A stretch of 64,000 nucleotides of DNA from a virus (Duplodnaviria > Heunggongvirae > Uroviricota > Caudoviricetes): IMG/VR virus record IMGVR_UViG_2795385714_000007; one strand, 5' to 3'. Both the position numbers and the translations under genes were made by a program. This document shows, piece by piece, positions 45,343-54,720 of this stretch (its first letter is position 1; every line of letters starts with the position of its first letter). The notes below the pieces were generated by a model, which ran no database searches, had not been told where the DNA came from, and worked only from the letters and a program-made list of their open reading frames with translations.

Positions 45343-46355
45343 GCCAACACCTGGGGGTAGCCGTCGAAGGTCCGGCCGTCGTGGTACAGCTCGCGGCCCG
45401 CCGCCTTCTTCCCGACGCGGTACATGGAGGTCGGGTGGTGGTGTGGGAAGTCGGCGCGTATCGCCTCACCACGGCGCGGGCCGTCAGGCCAGTCCAGATC
45501 ACCCGCGTTGTAGGTGTTTCCGTCGTCGGTCATCGCGATACCGTTCGAGAAGTCGAAACGGCCCTTCTTCAACGGCGCCATGGGTGTCCAATCGCCCCAT
45601 TGCTTGAACAGGAACGGGACACCGGCTGCCACACACTGGCGGTGCAGGCTCTCCGCCCACCACGGATGCATCGGCCGCGCGCCCGACCCGGACTCGCCGC
45701 CGACGATCACCCAGTCCAGACGCCCGATCCAGAACACCGAGTCTTTCCCGATCGGGTCGGCATGTAGGTCGATCGGCCCGAGAAGCGGCTCGGCACTGAT
45801 GAACCGCACGGCGGCCGGGGTGTCCAGCAGCGCCGGGATGCGGAGGTCGGCGCGCTTCTGATCTTCTGCGCTCACTCCCAACCAGACGTTGGGCAGGTAG
45901 TGCTGATCTAGCGAAACACCGGCCTGGGGCAACCAAACATCGCGGTCGAGCCCCGCCACGCCAACCCGCGCCCAGAAGGCATGACTACTCAGGAGCGACC
46001 GCATGCGGTCGTGGCGTTTGGTGAGCACCTGGAAGGTGTGGTGCGGGGCGAGCGCCATGACGGCGAACACCTTCGCGATGTACTCGTCGGGCACATCAGA
46101 GTGGAAAAGGTCGGCTTGTGAGCAGACGAAGATCTTCTTCCCGTCACGCTTTCGGAGTGGCCAGTCCAGACGGTTCGGGTGGAGTTGTACCGCCAGACTC
46201 GACCCGATGCCTTCACCGTCAAACTTTCGGCCTGCGATACGAATTGGTGTCGATCGTTCGATGTAGCAGTTCAGGCATCCATCACTGACACGGGTGCAAC
46301 CGGTCACTGGTGACCAAGTGGCATCAGTCCATTCGATGCCTGTTTTGTCCCCCAT
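45339..46355 (-). CDS. phage Gp37/Gp68 family protein
   Basis: Inner ATG MGDKTGIEWTDATWSPVTGCTRVSDGCLNCY, the characteristic N-terminus of this family. Confidence 0.7.
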   Translation of the reverse strand: MGDKTGIEWTDATWSPVTGCTRVSDGCLNCYIERSTPIRIAGRKFDGEGIGSSLAVQLHPNRLDWPLRKRDGKKIFVCSQADLFHSDVPDEYIAKVFAVMALAPHHTFQVLTKRHDRMRSLLSSHAFWARVGVAGLDRDVWLPQAGVSLDQHYLPNVWLGVSAEDQKRADLRIPALLDTPAAVRFISAEPLLGPIDLHADPIGKDSVFWIGRLDWVIVGGESGSGARPMHPWWAESLHRQCVAAGVPFLFKQWGDWTPMAPLKKGRFDFSNGIAMTDDGNTYNAGDLDWPDGPRRGEAIRADFPHHHPTSMYRVGKKAAGRELYHDGRTFDGYPQVLA

Positions 46356-46960
46356 CAGAACGCCGCCTCTGCTGCCGCGGTGCGCAGTTTGTTGAGCATT
46401 CGCCAGTTCCACCGGGCGTCGGAAAGAGCGTCGTGGGCGGTACCAGGTTTCGGTACAGTGCTGCCGCTGATACTGAGGCGGTCCATCTCCTGCTTGAGGT
46501 CCAGGGTGTACATGGGCATGAACCGAGGGTGGTGAATCATCCGACCCCATAGCTGGCACAGGGCCACGTGGTCGTAGGCGCCGTAGTAAGCCCAGAGCAC
46601 CGGTAGCTCGTGGTCGGCGACAGCCTCGTTTCGGTCTGCGAGGTCACCGATGATGAACTGGCGAACCTCGTTGGCAATTACCCACTTTGGCTTTACCAGC
46701 GGGGAGCGCATGTCTATTCCTCCCCACGACCAACCGGTAGCGCTGAATCCTTGACGCTTCTTCACCTCCCCGGTTGGGTGGGTGGGCAAGTGGCGTACGA
46801 CGTTGTCCATGAGCCAGTCGTCCTTGCGGATACGGTCCCAATCGGCCTCGCTGTTGACGGCGTAGTATTCGCGGCCGTCCTCGCACACGATTCCGATTGA
46901 GATCAGGTCTATGGTGCGGCCGTCTTCCAGGAACTCTGTGTCGTAGCAGTAGATGGTCAT
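46355..46960 (-). CDS. DnaQ-like (DEDDh) 3'-5' exonuclease
   Basis: Exo I motif IYCYDTEFLE; inner ATG MTIYCYD. Confidence 0.65.
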   Translation of the reverse strand: MTIYCYDTEFLEDGRTIDLISIGIVCEDGREYYAVNSEADWDRIRKDDWLMDNVVRHLPTHPTGEVKKRQGFSATGWSWGGIDMRSPLVKPKWVIANEVRQFIIGDLADRNEAVADHELPVLWAYYGAYDHVALCQLWGRMIHHPRFMPMYTLDLKQEMDRLSISGSTVPKPGTAHDALSDARWNWRMLNKLRTAAAEAAF

Positions 46961-47169
46961 TGCTCGCTCGTTTCTGCGGGGTTGTCCGCCCACGGCTGGT
47001 AGTGCTCGGGGCAGCGAAGGCCGCCCTGGCCGTCAAGGTCTATGGCGATCATCGCGGTCTGCCCACAGTGGGTTATGCCGCATACGCCTAGATCGGTGTC
47101 GTTGACGGTGAAAGTGATTCCGCCGCTGGTGGTGTAGATGCCGGTGCGGATGTGGACTGTCTGGCTCAC
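46957..47169 (-). CDS. hypothetical protein
   Basis: GTG start with AAGGGGA RBS. Confidence 0.35.
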   Translation of the reverse strand: MSQTVHIRTGIYTTSGGITFTVNDTDLGVCGITHCGQTAMIAIDLDGQGGLRCPEHYQPWADNPAETSEQ

Positions 47170-47171
47170 CG

Positions 47172-47642
47172 TTATTCCCCTTGGTCCGGTCGTACTTCGA
47201 CGGATGGGGTGACGTCGTGGCCAGTGCCCTTGTGGTGGCCGTCGGCCCATAGGTCACGGTCGTCCTCGGCGCCAAACGGGAGCTTCATATCGACGCACTC
47301 CTGGCAGGTGGCGAGGTAGTACACCGCGGGGCGGCCGGGGAATACCGTTGGAAGGTTGACCTTTACGGCAATAGCGGAGGCTAGGCGCTCCCCGTCAGCG
47401 TCCAGAGGCAGGGCCATGTACCCCGCTCCATTGTCGCGCAGGGTCGCCTCCATGACGTACTGCTCGCTGACGTAAGTGCGGTGACCTTGCAGCGAGTTGT
47501 GGCGGACGGCAAATGCTTCCGCGTGAACCTTGCCTTCATCGGTGCCTGGGAATGCCCAGGTTTGGCCGTCGCTGTCACCGGGTCCGGGTGGGCATACGGT
47601 GCACACGACGGCCCATTGCCGTTGTGTATCAATGATCTTCAT
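47172..47642 (-). CDS. hypothetical protein
   Basis: Inner ATG MKIIDTQRQW at ATGA overlap. Confidence 0.45.
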   Translation of the reverse strand: MKIIDTQRQWAVVCTVCPPGPGDSDGQTWAFPGTDEGKVHAEAFAVRHNSLQGHRTYVSEQYVMEATLRDNGAGYMALPLDADGERLASAIAVKVNLPTVFPGRPAVYYLATCQECVDMKLPFGAEDDRDLWADGHHKGTGHDVTPSVEVRPDQGE

Positions 47643-48427
47643 CGGTTTACGTCGCCGTCTACGTCGCTGTGCACGTGCTCGATGGCCTTGTTGGGGTCTG
47701 CGGTGCGCCAGTCGGGCCACGTGCGTTGCTCGTTCCTGGTCTGCTTCGCAAGGATCGCGTCGATGATCTGTTGCGGTTCCCAGCCCGCGCGCCAGGCTCC
47801 GTCGAAGGCCAGGATGATGACGTCTACCCATTCGGAGATGTCGTCAGGGGCGTCCCGTATCTCGTTCAGCTCTTTGCCGATGTGGTCCAAGACTCCGTTG
47901 GTTCGGGCACCCGGGCCGAAGGTTGCGAGGCTGAATGCACGCTGTCGCGCCAGGTGTGCTGCGTCTATTACGCGGGTGGGTGACGTGCCCGGTCGCTGCT
48001 GTTCGTCCACCGTTGTGGGCTCACCGCACCCAGCCGCCCCGAACTCGTCCCATGGGATAAACCGGTCTACTTCGAAGACCTCACCGCGCCGCACGCGCAT
48101 ACGGTCGATGGCGTTGTCGACGTTGGTTTCATCCGCGCGGTCTTTGCACCAGAACCCCCAAAGGCGTACCCGCCGCCCTGTCACGATGAGTGTCCAGCAC
48201 GGGAGCTTGCGCTGATCGCGGCGCGCGAGGAACTGATTTGAGTGCGTCGCGGCCGGTACCAACTCCACGCGGTGCCGCCATGTGCCTCGCCGGAATGCCA
48301 GCGGCCGGTCGCCCCAGAAGAAGCGCCACGGCTCCGGGGCGGACCTGACGGACCGACCCTCCTCAGTGACCTCCACGACTGGGGAAGTACACGTATTCGA
48401 TATGTGCGCTATTCCGGTAGGGATCAT
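47639..48427 (-). CDS. MazG-like dATP/dGTP pyrophosphohydrolase domain protein
   Basis: C-terminal EWVDVIILAFDGAWRAGWEPQQIIDAILAKQTRNEQRTW resembles phage MazG-like/DUF550 core. Confidence 0.55.
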   Translation of the reverse strand: MIPTGIAHISNTCTSPVVEVTEEGRSVRSAPEPWRFFWGDRPLAFRRGTWRHRVELVPAATHSNQFLARRDQRKLPCWTLIVTGRRVRLWGFWCKDRADETNVDNAIDRMRVRRGEVFEVDRFIPWDEFGAAGCGEPTTVDEQQRPGTSPTRVIDAAHLARQRAFSLATFGPGARTNGVLDHIGKELNEIRDAPDDISEWVDVIILAFDGAWRAGWEPQQIIDAILAKQTRNEQRTWPDWRTADPNKAIEHVHSDVDGDVNR

Positions 48428-50724
48428 GGCTGGACCGCCTTCGACTGGCGGATGTGTTCTGTTGCTTCGAGGTATGCCGCCCAGCTGTTCTGTGCGTATT
48501 CAGCCCATCGATAGGCAGTGGATGGCGCGATGCCGAACAGGTCTGTCATGACTGGGGGTGGCAGCGTCGAGGCCGAGGCGATCATCGCGGCGTTGCGTGC
48601 GTGGATGACGGGGAGGCCGTAGCGGGTCAGTCGCTGCTGCAGCGATCTTGGATGGATGGGCCTGCTCGGTGGTCGCCCGGGGAACAGGTATCGCGGGATC
48701 TCATCAGAAGCGTTGTGCACCATACTGCTTACGGATCGTCGTTCGATGAGCTGTTCAATGAGCCGCGCTAGAGATGGCGGCAGGAGAACGGGATTGCGGT
48801 CGAAAGTGATGAAGGATCCGTGTTCGTCTGCGTGGTAGCGATCGGTGGTGAGTTCGATCATCCGGACGGTCATCGGCGCGTAGAGCCGGATCAGTGCTCC
48901 CGCAACGCGGACTTCCAGTGGGAGTGTTTCGTCAGTGAGGCATCGGCGAAGCTGCTGGTGCAGTTCGTCTTCGGGCAGCAGTCGTGACGGTGGTCCGGTG
49001 GGCCGCGATGGGACGGTGAGGGCGGCGCCGGCCAGGCGCTGTTTGGTCAACCACTTCGCGAAGACGACCAGGTGTTTTTGCGAGGTTGGGTTGGCGGCGA
49101 GCCACTCCTCGAGGTGCGGCTGTCCGATGGCCTCGAGCGAGTATTGCTTCTGGTCGATCCAGTCGAGAAAATCGATCGCGGTAAGGATCTTGGCGCGGTC
49201 GGAGGCGGCAGCACCGTCGGTGTAGTTGCGGCGTCGCGATCGCGCCCGGGCGTCACGGACGACTCTCCATTCAGCGAACGGTCGGATGATCCGGGCTTGG
49301 TGGCTGGGCAGCGCGGCGGTCGTGCGCGTCGCCCACAGCATCAGTTGTGTCAGCTGTTCAGGGCGCGAAGGCAATACCCCTGTTGCGACGAGTAGTTGCC
49401 GAATGTAGCGGGTGGCTCCGTCCTGGTTGAGGTCATCGAGCAGTTCGTGGGTGATCGGCTGCTGATCGGCGACCAGGCCGGCCAGCAGCCGCGAGGACTT
49501 GCCGACGCGTAGCCAGGTGAGGATCGAATTGGGGTGGGCCGTGGCGAGGGCGTCGACGAGCGGTTGCAGCTGTGTAGGGACCTGTCCGGTGTCGTCGCTG
49601 AGCAAGTCAGTGACACGGCTGGCGGCCACGCATCGAGCGCATTTACCGGCGCTGTAGTGCATGCCTTCGGCCCCGCAGGTTTTGCAGGCGAAGTCGAGGT
49701 CGGCGCCCGAGCATGCAGTGCAGATCTCTTTGCCGTCGGTGTTCAAGCCGACCATGACCGCGGTGCGTTGGCACGTTGCGCAGGTTGTTGGGTTGTGCAG
49801 GCGCCGCTGGTAGCAGCTTCGACAGATGGTGCCCAGTGGCCATGTGGCGCAGGCGGTGCCGTACTCACCGCAGTAGTGGCAGTGGCGAGGACGCATCGGC
49901 CAGCAGGAGATGCAGTGAAACGGGCCGCCGCGGTATTTTCCTCCAGCTCGGGTTCGCCCGCAGGCGACACATTCGCCGATGTTTCGGTAGCAGCGTCGGC
50001 AGATGTCTGGGGTGGTGTCTGTTGCCCGGGCCTGTATTTCGTTGATCTCGCCGCATAGTCCGCATCGTCGTGCTGGTGTGCTGTAGCAGGCCCGGCAAAG
50101 CGGGCCTTCGGCGGTGAGGGCATGGGTCTGGCGGGTTTGGCCGCACTGGCTGCATTGTCGCGGCGGCGGCAGGCTGCATCCCTGACACAGCACCGTGCCG
50201 TCGGCGCGTCGAACATTGGGCGGGCGGGTCCGGCCGCAGCCGGCGCACTGTTGAAGGAACTCGGGATCGTTGTTGTAGCAGCGTCGGCAGATCGCTCCTT
50301 CTTTGCGGCGTGCCGTGAGGAGACCGGGCTCGCCGCAGCGCGCGCAGGGCCGTCGGTCGTTCTTTATCGCGCACCAGTTGCAGCAGCGGCCCTCGGGGCT
50401 GGTGCGGCGCAGCCGCACGTCGGTTCGGCCGCATCGAGCGCAGCCCAGCAGCGTCACCGAATCGGCGTATCCGTTGGCGGCCAACAGTTGCAGTAGCGCT
50501 GGTAGCGACGCGGGCCCTGCGTGAGTGGGTGCAGTGAACGCGTCAGCGTTCTCGGCGAGGTGCCGCTGCAGCTCGGCGACCCGCCCGCGGGAGTTCCACG
50601 CCTTCGCCTCGATCAGGAACTGCTGAGCGCGATCGCGCGGCATCTGCGGGTCGATGGCATCGACCACTTTTCTCACGAGGGCTTCGCGGGCTTCGTCCAG
50701 CGACAAGTTGGCTGTGGTGGTCAT
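48424..50724 (-). CDS. multi-zinc-ribbon protein fused to a divergent tyrosine recombinase-like domain (766 aa)
   Basis: 8-9 tandem C-x2-C...C-x2-C units in N-terminal half; C-terminal half has a core-binding-like segment (ATRYIRQLLVATGVLP), a catalytic-like segment (HPRSLQQRLTRYG...HARNAA...STAYRW) and a candidate Tyr; coupled (ATGA) at both ends. Confidence 0.55.
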   Translation of the reverse strand: MTTTANLSLDEAREALVRKVVDAIDPQMPRDRAQQFLIEAKAWNSRGRVAELQRHLAENADAFTAPTHAGPASLPALLQLLAANGYADSVTLLGCARCGRTDVRLRRTSPEGRCCNWCAIKNDRRPCARCGEPGLLTARRKEGAICRRCYNNDPEFLQQCAGCGRTRPPNVRRADGTVLCQGCSLPPPRQCSQCGQTRQTHALTAEGPLCRACYSTPARRCGLCGEINEIQARATDTTPDICRRCYRNIGECVACGRTRAGGKYRGGPFHCISCWPMRPRHCHYCGEYGTACATWPLGTICRSCYQRRLHNPTTCATCQRTAVMVGLNTDGKEICTACSGADLDFACKTCGAEGMHYSAGKCARCVAASRVTDLLSDDTGQVPTQLQPLVDALATAHPNSILTWLRVGKSSRLLAGLVADQQPITHELLDDLNQDGATRYIRQLLVATGVLPSRPEQLTQLMLWATRTTAALPSHQARIIRPFAEWRVVRDARARSRRRNYTDGAAASDRAKILTAIDFLDWIDQKQYSLEAIGQPHLEEWLAANPTSQKHLVVFAKWLTKQRLAGAALTVPSRPTGPPSRLLPEDELHQQLRRCLTDETLPLEVRVAGALIRLYAPMTVRMIELTTDRYHADEHGSFITFDRNPVLLPPSLARLIEQLIERRSVSSMVHNASDEIPRYLFPGRPPSRPIHPRSLQQRLTRYGLPVIHARNAAMIASASTLPPPVMTDLFGIAPSTAYRWAEYAQNSWAAYLEATEHIRQSKAVQP

Positions 50725-51056
50725 GACCGGCCTGGTCTGCGCACGATGGAACGTTTCGGCACCACGGGCGGCGCCGATGGCGCTGCGCCGGTGCCGTCGG
50801 CGGTCTTTCGGGCCGATCCGGCCACGACTTCGGGAACGATGAGATCGTTGGGTGTGCATCCCAAGATGTCGCACAAGGCGACGAGGGTGTCCATGCTCAG
50901 CCGTTGTGGTGGTTGGGTCACCAGCCGATAGACCTGCTCCCGCGACAGCGTGATGCCGCGCTCCACCAGGTGCGGAATCAGGTCCGATGTTTGAAACATG
51001 TCCTGCTCAGCCATCAGGGCCCGAAGTCGCCACTGAAACGTCATCTTCTTCGTCAT
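50721..51056 (-). CDS. Xre-like helix-turn-helix protein
   Basis: 111 aa; SREQVYRLVTQPPQRLSMDTLVALCDILGCTPNDL; ATGA overlaps on both sides. Confidence 0.6.
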   Translation of the reverse strand: MTKKMTFQWRLRALMAEQDMFQTSDLIPHLVERGITLSREQVYRLVTQPPQRLSMDTLVALCDILGCTPNDLIVPEVVAGSARKTADGTGAAPSAPPVVPKRSIVRRPGRS

Positions 51057-52171
51057 TGGCTCACTCCATCCCAGTGCTGGCCCAGGCGCCCCAGCAGGGA
51101 CGCTTTGAGCAGTTCGTTGCGGTACTCGTTGGTCACGTGGGTGTAGATCGATGTCGTCGAGGCATGGGCGTGGCCCACTTGCTCCTGGACAAACCTTGGT
51201 GGATAACCGAATTCGGTCCAATGAGTCACTGCCGAGTGACGAAGGCAATGCGGCGTGAGCACCGGATCGAGCCCAGCGTCATTGCGGGCAGCCACGAAGG
51301 CCTCGTTGATCGAGCGCGGGGAAAGCCGCCCACCACGTTCGGTCACCCACAAAGCCGGATACCGCTCGGGCAGACCGAACCGTGGCCGAATCTCGTCCAC
51401 CCACTGCGCAAGCGTGTCGACAATCCAATCCATCTCCGGGACGAGAAGCACACTGCGGCGCTTGGTCGCCGAACCCTTTGACGGCTTGCCGTGCCGCACC
51501 GTCACCACGCCGAACCCTCTGAACTCAGGGGCCAGCTTGTTCGAATGCAGATCTCCGATATCGAGTCGCGAGGCCTCGGTGCGTCGAAGTCCAAACGCGT
51601 ACAGCGTCTTTAAGACTGCCGCATCCCGAGCGGCGCCCAATGCCCCCTTCACGCCGCGCTCCCTGATCGTCGCGACCCGTCCGTCGGCGGCGTCGAACAA
51701 TGCCTGCACTTCGTCGTAGTTGAGTGGCCGACGCCCAGGATCGGACTCGTTCTCGACCCGGTGCTGAACGGAGTTTCCCTCGTGGAAAATCTGCTGAGGC
51801 GCCTGACCGAACTGCTCAAGGCATACGGTGACCCAGTCATAGCGCGGATCCAGCAGATACTCGACGAACAAGGTGATCGCGATCTCGTAGGACCGCGCTG
51901 TCGACACCGCTTTCACCGTCGTCGACCGCAAATGATCGATGAACGCCTCCCCCTCTGCCGGCGTCCACTGCCACGGATACAGGCCGGTGAACTCCTCCAA
52001 CCGGCGCATCAATGCGAGCCGCGACCCGATCGTTCCCGCCCGCAGAAACCGCGACGACTGTTGTCTTCGCCAGCCTTCGAGCATCGCCGAGAACACCGCT
52101 GCGGGAGGGTCCAGAGGAACCACGTTCTGCGCCAACATCAACCGCGCCGATCCCGGCGCCAAATCCGTCAC
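51053..52171 (-). CDS. int: tyrosine integrase/recombinase
   Basis: 372 aa; GLRRTEASRL, HCLRHSAVTHW and GHAHASTTSIYTHV (R-H-R-H-Y) motifs; GTG start. Confidence 0.85.
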   Translation of the reverse strand: MTDLAPGSARLMLAQNVVPLDPPAAVFSAMLEGWRRQQSSRFLRAGTIGSRLALMRRLEEFTGLYPWQWTPAEGEAFIDHLRSTTVKAVSTARSYEIAITLFVEYLLDPRYDWVTVCLEQFGQAPQQIFHEGNSVQHRVENESDPGRRPLNYDEVQALFDAADGRVATIRERGVKGALGAARDAAVLKTLYAFGLRRTEASRLDIGDLHSNKLAPEFRGFGVVTVRHGKPSKGSATKRRSVLLVPEMDWIVDTLAQWVDEIRPRFGLPERYPALWVTERGGRLSPRSINEAFVAARNDAGLDPVLTPHCLRHSAVTHWTEFGYPPRFVQEQVGHAHASTTSIYTHVTNEYRNELLKASLLGRLGQHWDGVSQ

Positions 52172-52178
52172 CGACCTG

Positions 52179-52193
52179 TTGTATCAGATGCAA
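52179..52193. promoter_or_regulatory. palindrome TTGTATCAGATGCAA 8 nt upstream of integrase start
   Basis: Near-perfect inverted repeat; second perfect copy 129 bp away. Confidence 0.45.
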
Positions 52194-52307
52194 CGATGAT
52201 GCGTTGGATTCAAGGCCGCAGGTCAAGGCCGTGTCAGCGCGGTCGACTAGAAGGCAGTCACGCCGGCCAACCAGCACCGTAGAGTGATCCTCAGACCGTG
52301 CCGAATG

Positions 52308-52322
52308 TTGCATCAGATGCAA
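52308..52322. promoter_or_regulatory. palindrome TTGCATCAGATGCAA (perfect copy)
   Basis: TTGCATC-A-GATGCAA. Confidence 0.45.
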
Positions 52323-52565
52323 TTCCGCGCATTTGTACTGCCCCCACAACATCAGGGAGACGAACCACCAGGGGTGGTCGTGCAGGGCGCGGTCGTCGTC
52401 GTCACGCAGGAACTTGTGTAGGTAGATGTTGAGCCACCGGTTGCGCGGGATTACGTACCAGCGCAATAGGTACGGCGCCTCGCCTTCGGCGCCGATGGGT
52501 TGATGCGGTTCCAGGCGCAACCACTTGCGCAGCAAGTGGTGGTTGTTGGGGCCGGTGGCGGTCAT
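52322..52565 (-). CDS. hypothetical protein (C-terminal end uncertain)
   Basis: MTATGPNNHHLLRKWLRLEP...LHDHPWW; ATGA-coupled to upstream gene; the frame stays open to 51837 across the palindrome and integrase start, so true stop or frameshift unclear. Confidence 0.3.
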
Positions 52566-52927
52566 CGCTTCTCCCCCGCCCCAACAACTCGCAGGTGTGT
52601 TGAAACCTGCGGTGCGACACCGTCCCAGCGGCACCATTGGCGGGCGCAAGGCTGGCATACCCACAGCGGGTTACGCCCGTCGGTCTTGACGCGGTACACG
52701 CCCTGGCAGGTGACGCACCGCACCGCGGTCCTTACATACACGGTCTGAGCTGGCGCAGGTTTCGTGCCGGGGTGGACTGTGGCCCGCATACCGGTGATCG
52801 CGTCGGCCAGTGCTTCCGTATCAACACTCTGGACGAATGTATCGATCCGGTTGGCTACTCCATGGAGGAGTCGGTTGGTGACGTCAGCTGCTGCCTTCAC
52901 CACGCGCTCAATATCGTTGGTAGTCAA
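52562..52927 (-). CDS. hypothetical protein with C-terminal zinc ribbon
   Basis: TTG start with AAGGGGAAGAAG RBS at TTGA overlap. Confidence 0.4.
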   Translation of the reverse strand: MTTNDIERVVKAAADVTNRLLHGVANRIDTFVQSVDTEALADAITGMRATVHPGTKPAPAQTVYVRTAVRCVTCQGVYRVKTDGRNPLWVCQPCARQWCRWDGVAPQVSTHLRVVGAGEKR

Positions 52928-53220
52928 TACTTCTTCCCCTTGCTTCGGCGCTGGCGCCGGTTGCCGTCCGGATGTGCCAACGGGATCTCGTCGCGCTGGT
53001 GGGCGCGTTGTGGTTGTGGGCGTGGGATAGACCGGAAGGTGACCTTTGTCTGGTCGGCCTCGGGGTCGTAGACCGCCGCCACGGGTGTGTAGAGGGCACC
53101 GAACATGTCCGGCCCCCATCGCTGGTTCACACTCATGACGTGGTCGGCGATGTCGCCCCGGTAATTGAGGGTGTTCCGCTTCGCTGTGGGGAACATGTCG
53201 GCCTGGGTGAGGGTGGCCAT
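52924..53220 (-). CDS. hypothetical protein
   Basis: 98-aa ORF. Confidence 0.45.
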   Translation of the reverse strand: MATLTQADMFPTAKRNTLNYRGDIADHVMSVNQRWGPDMFGALYTPVAAVYDPEADQTKVTFRSIPRPQPQRAHQRDEIPLAHPDGNRRQRRSKGKKY

Positions 53221-53498
53221 CAGGGCTCCTTGGCTGGGTCTAGGGCTTCAATGACCGGGTGGATGACCTGAGACGGGTCGAGGGTGATCGCGATTTCTGC
53301 TGTTATGGGCGAGAATTCAGCCGCATCCACTGTCACCCCGACCTTGACGGTGATCTGGTCCCGCGCCAGCTTCGCCGGGCGGTTGGCCCGGTATCCGGCG
53401 ATGCGTAGGCCGTTGACGACCTTGAGTCCGTCGTCACCCATGCGCCAGCCGCGGGACGCCTCCAAGATCAAGTAGCCGGTGGCGGAGTGTGTGGTCAC
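53220..53498 (-). CDS. hypothetical protein
   Basis: GTG start at GTGA overlap. Confidence 0.4.
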   Translation of the reverse strand: MTTHSATGYLILEASRGWRMGDDGLKVVNGLRIAGYRANRPAKLARDQITVKVGVTVDAAEFSPITAEIAITLDPSQVIHPVIEALDPAKEP

Positions 53499-53896
53499 CC
53501 TGCCGCCGCCTTCTCCTTGGCTGCCTGCTCCGCGGCCTTGATGTTGACCGCGTTCTCGATGATCGGGTCCATGTAGGTGTACGCGTCCCCGGGCAACACG
53601 CTGACCTTCACCGTTTCGCCGCGCACCTTCTCCACTGCATTCGCCCAGCGCCGCAACTTGGCGACGTCGGCCAGCTGCTCGGACGACGGGCAGGTGTTGT
53701 CTAGCCAGGTGTGCTGGTCGCGGAGGAACTTTCCGCACACGTCCTTCGCCCGCGGTATCTGATGCAGGAAGATGCGGTTACCGGTCATGTGCGACAACAG
53801 GTCCTGCACCTGCACCACGGTGCAGATGGCGCCTTCGGGGAGTCCGTTGGTGACGGCTAACACCGCCACCAACGGGAACTCCTTCCTCCTGCTCAC
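53495..53896 (-). CDS. hypothetical protein (paralogue of 32503..32889)
   Basis: Shared MTGN.IF.HQ.PRA core. Confidence 0.45.
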   Translation of the reverse strand: MSRRKEFPLVAVLAVTNGLPEGAICTVVQVQDLLSHMTGNRIFLHQIPRAKDVCGKFLRDQHTWLDNTCPSSEQLADVAKLRRWANAVEKVRGETVKVSVLPGDAYTYMDPIIENAVNIKAAEQAAKEKAAAG

Positions 53897-54717
53897 AGCT
53901 CGCGGATCGTGTCGGGCGCGGGACCAAACACGGACTTGATGACGGCCAGCTTCGCCACCTCAGCGTCGAACGCTGCGTCCTTGACGTCCCCGGCGCGGTC
54001 CAGCTTGTAGCCGAGGAGCAAGCCGTCCTGGCCGATGCGGAACCGCAGGCGGGCGGTCAGGTCGTACACGTCGCCGCGCTCGTAGACCGGGATGCGGAGG
54101 GTGAAGTGCTCGGGCACCTCGATATGCCCGCCCTTGCCGCCAGCGGTTGCGGTGGCCTCCTCCTTGTACTGGAACTGCACCTCGCCGGACTGGGTGCGGT
54201 GGCCGGACTGGAACTCGACCTTGCGCTTCGTCTGGAAGTTCTGCACGACCTCCATCAGGTCCGCCGCCGGTGGCGACGTGATGGCGGCCAGGCCGTCCTC
54301 GATGTGCTCGGCGAACGCAATCTGGTTGAGCAGCTTGCCGTCGGCTGCCGCCCAGTGGTTCCACTCGCGGGACAGCTGGAGCGCCACCACGATGCGGTGG
54401 TCACGCCAGCCCTTGTCGTTCAGTACCGCGGTGATCCGGCTGGGGCCGCGGTCGGCGTACGCGACGGCATCGAGTTGCAGGACGCCGTCGGTCAGCTTGT
54501 TGAAGCTGTCGACGTCCAGCACGGTGGTGGTGCCGCGGTCGCGTCGAGGGTTCGGCAGGTACCGCTCCAGCGAGTCGAAGTCGCGGCCCTCGTCGTCGCG
54601 GGTGACGAACGACAGGACGTGCTCGGTGTCGGGCACAACCTGCTCAGTGCTGTAACGCTCCGCCGCGTTGGCGAGTTCGGCGACAGCATCTGCCTCGGTA
54701 CGGATTTCGTCGGTCAT
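53893..54717 (-). CDS. conserved phage protein (possibly DUF2303/YfdQ-like)
   Basis: 274 aa; position next to the recombination genes; family call tentative. Confidence 0.4.
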   Translation of the reverse strand: MTDEIRTEADAVAELANAAERYSTEQVVPDTEHVLSFVTRDDEGRDFDSLERYLPNPRRDRGTTTVLDVDSFNKLTDGVLQLDAVAYADRGPSRITAVLNDKGWRDHRIVVALQLSREWNHWAAADGKLLNQIAFAEHIEDGLAAITSPPAADLMEVVQNFQTKRKVEFQSGHRTQSGEVQFQYKEEATATAGGKGGHIEVPEHFTLRIPVYERGDVYDLTARLRFRIGQDGLLLGYKLDRAGDVKDAAFDAEVAKLAVIKSVFGPAPDTIREL

Positions 54718-54720
54718 GGG

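Noticed and set aside
51837-52664. 275-aa ORF overlapping the integrase start
   Set aside because: The upstream 33 codons and the distal part overlap the coupled neighbouring gene and the integrase in other frames. Only the central MTATG... segment looks genuine. It is kept as a short low-confidence CDS with an unresolved C-terminus.
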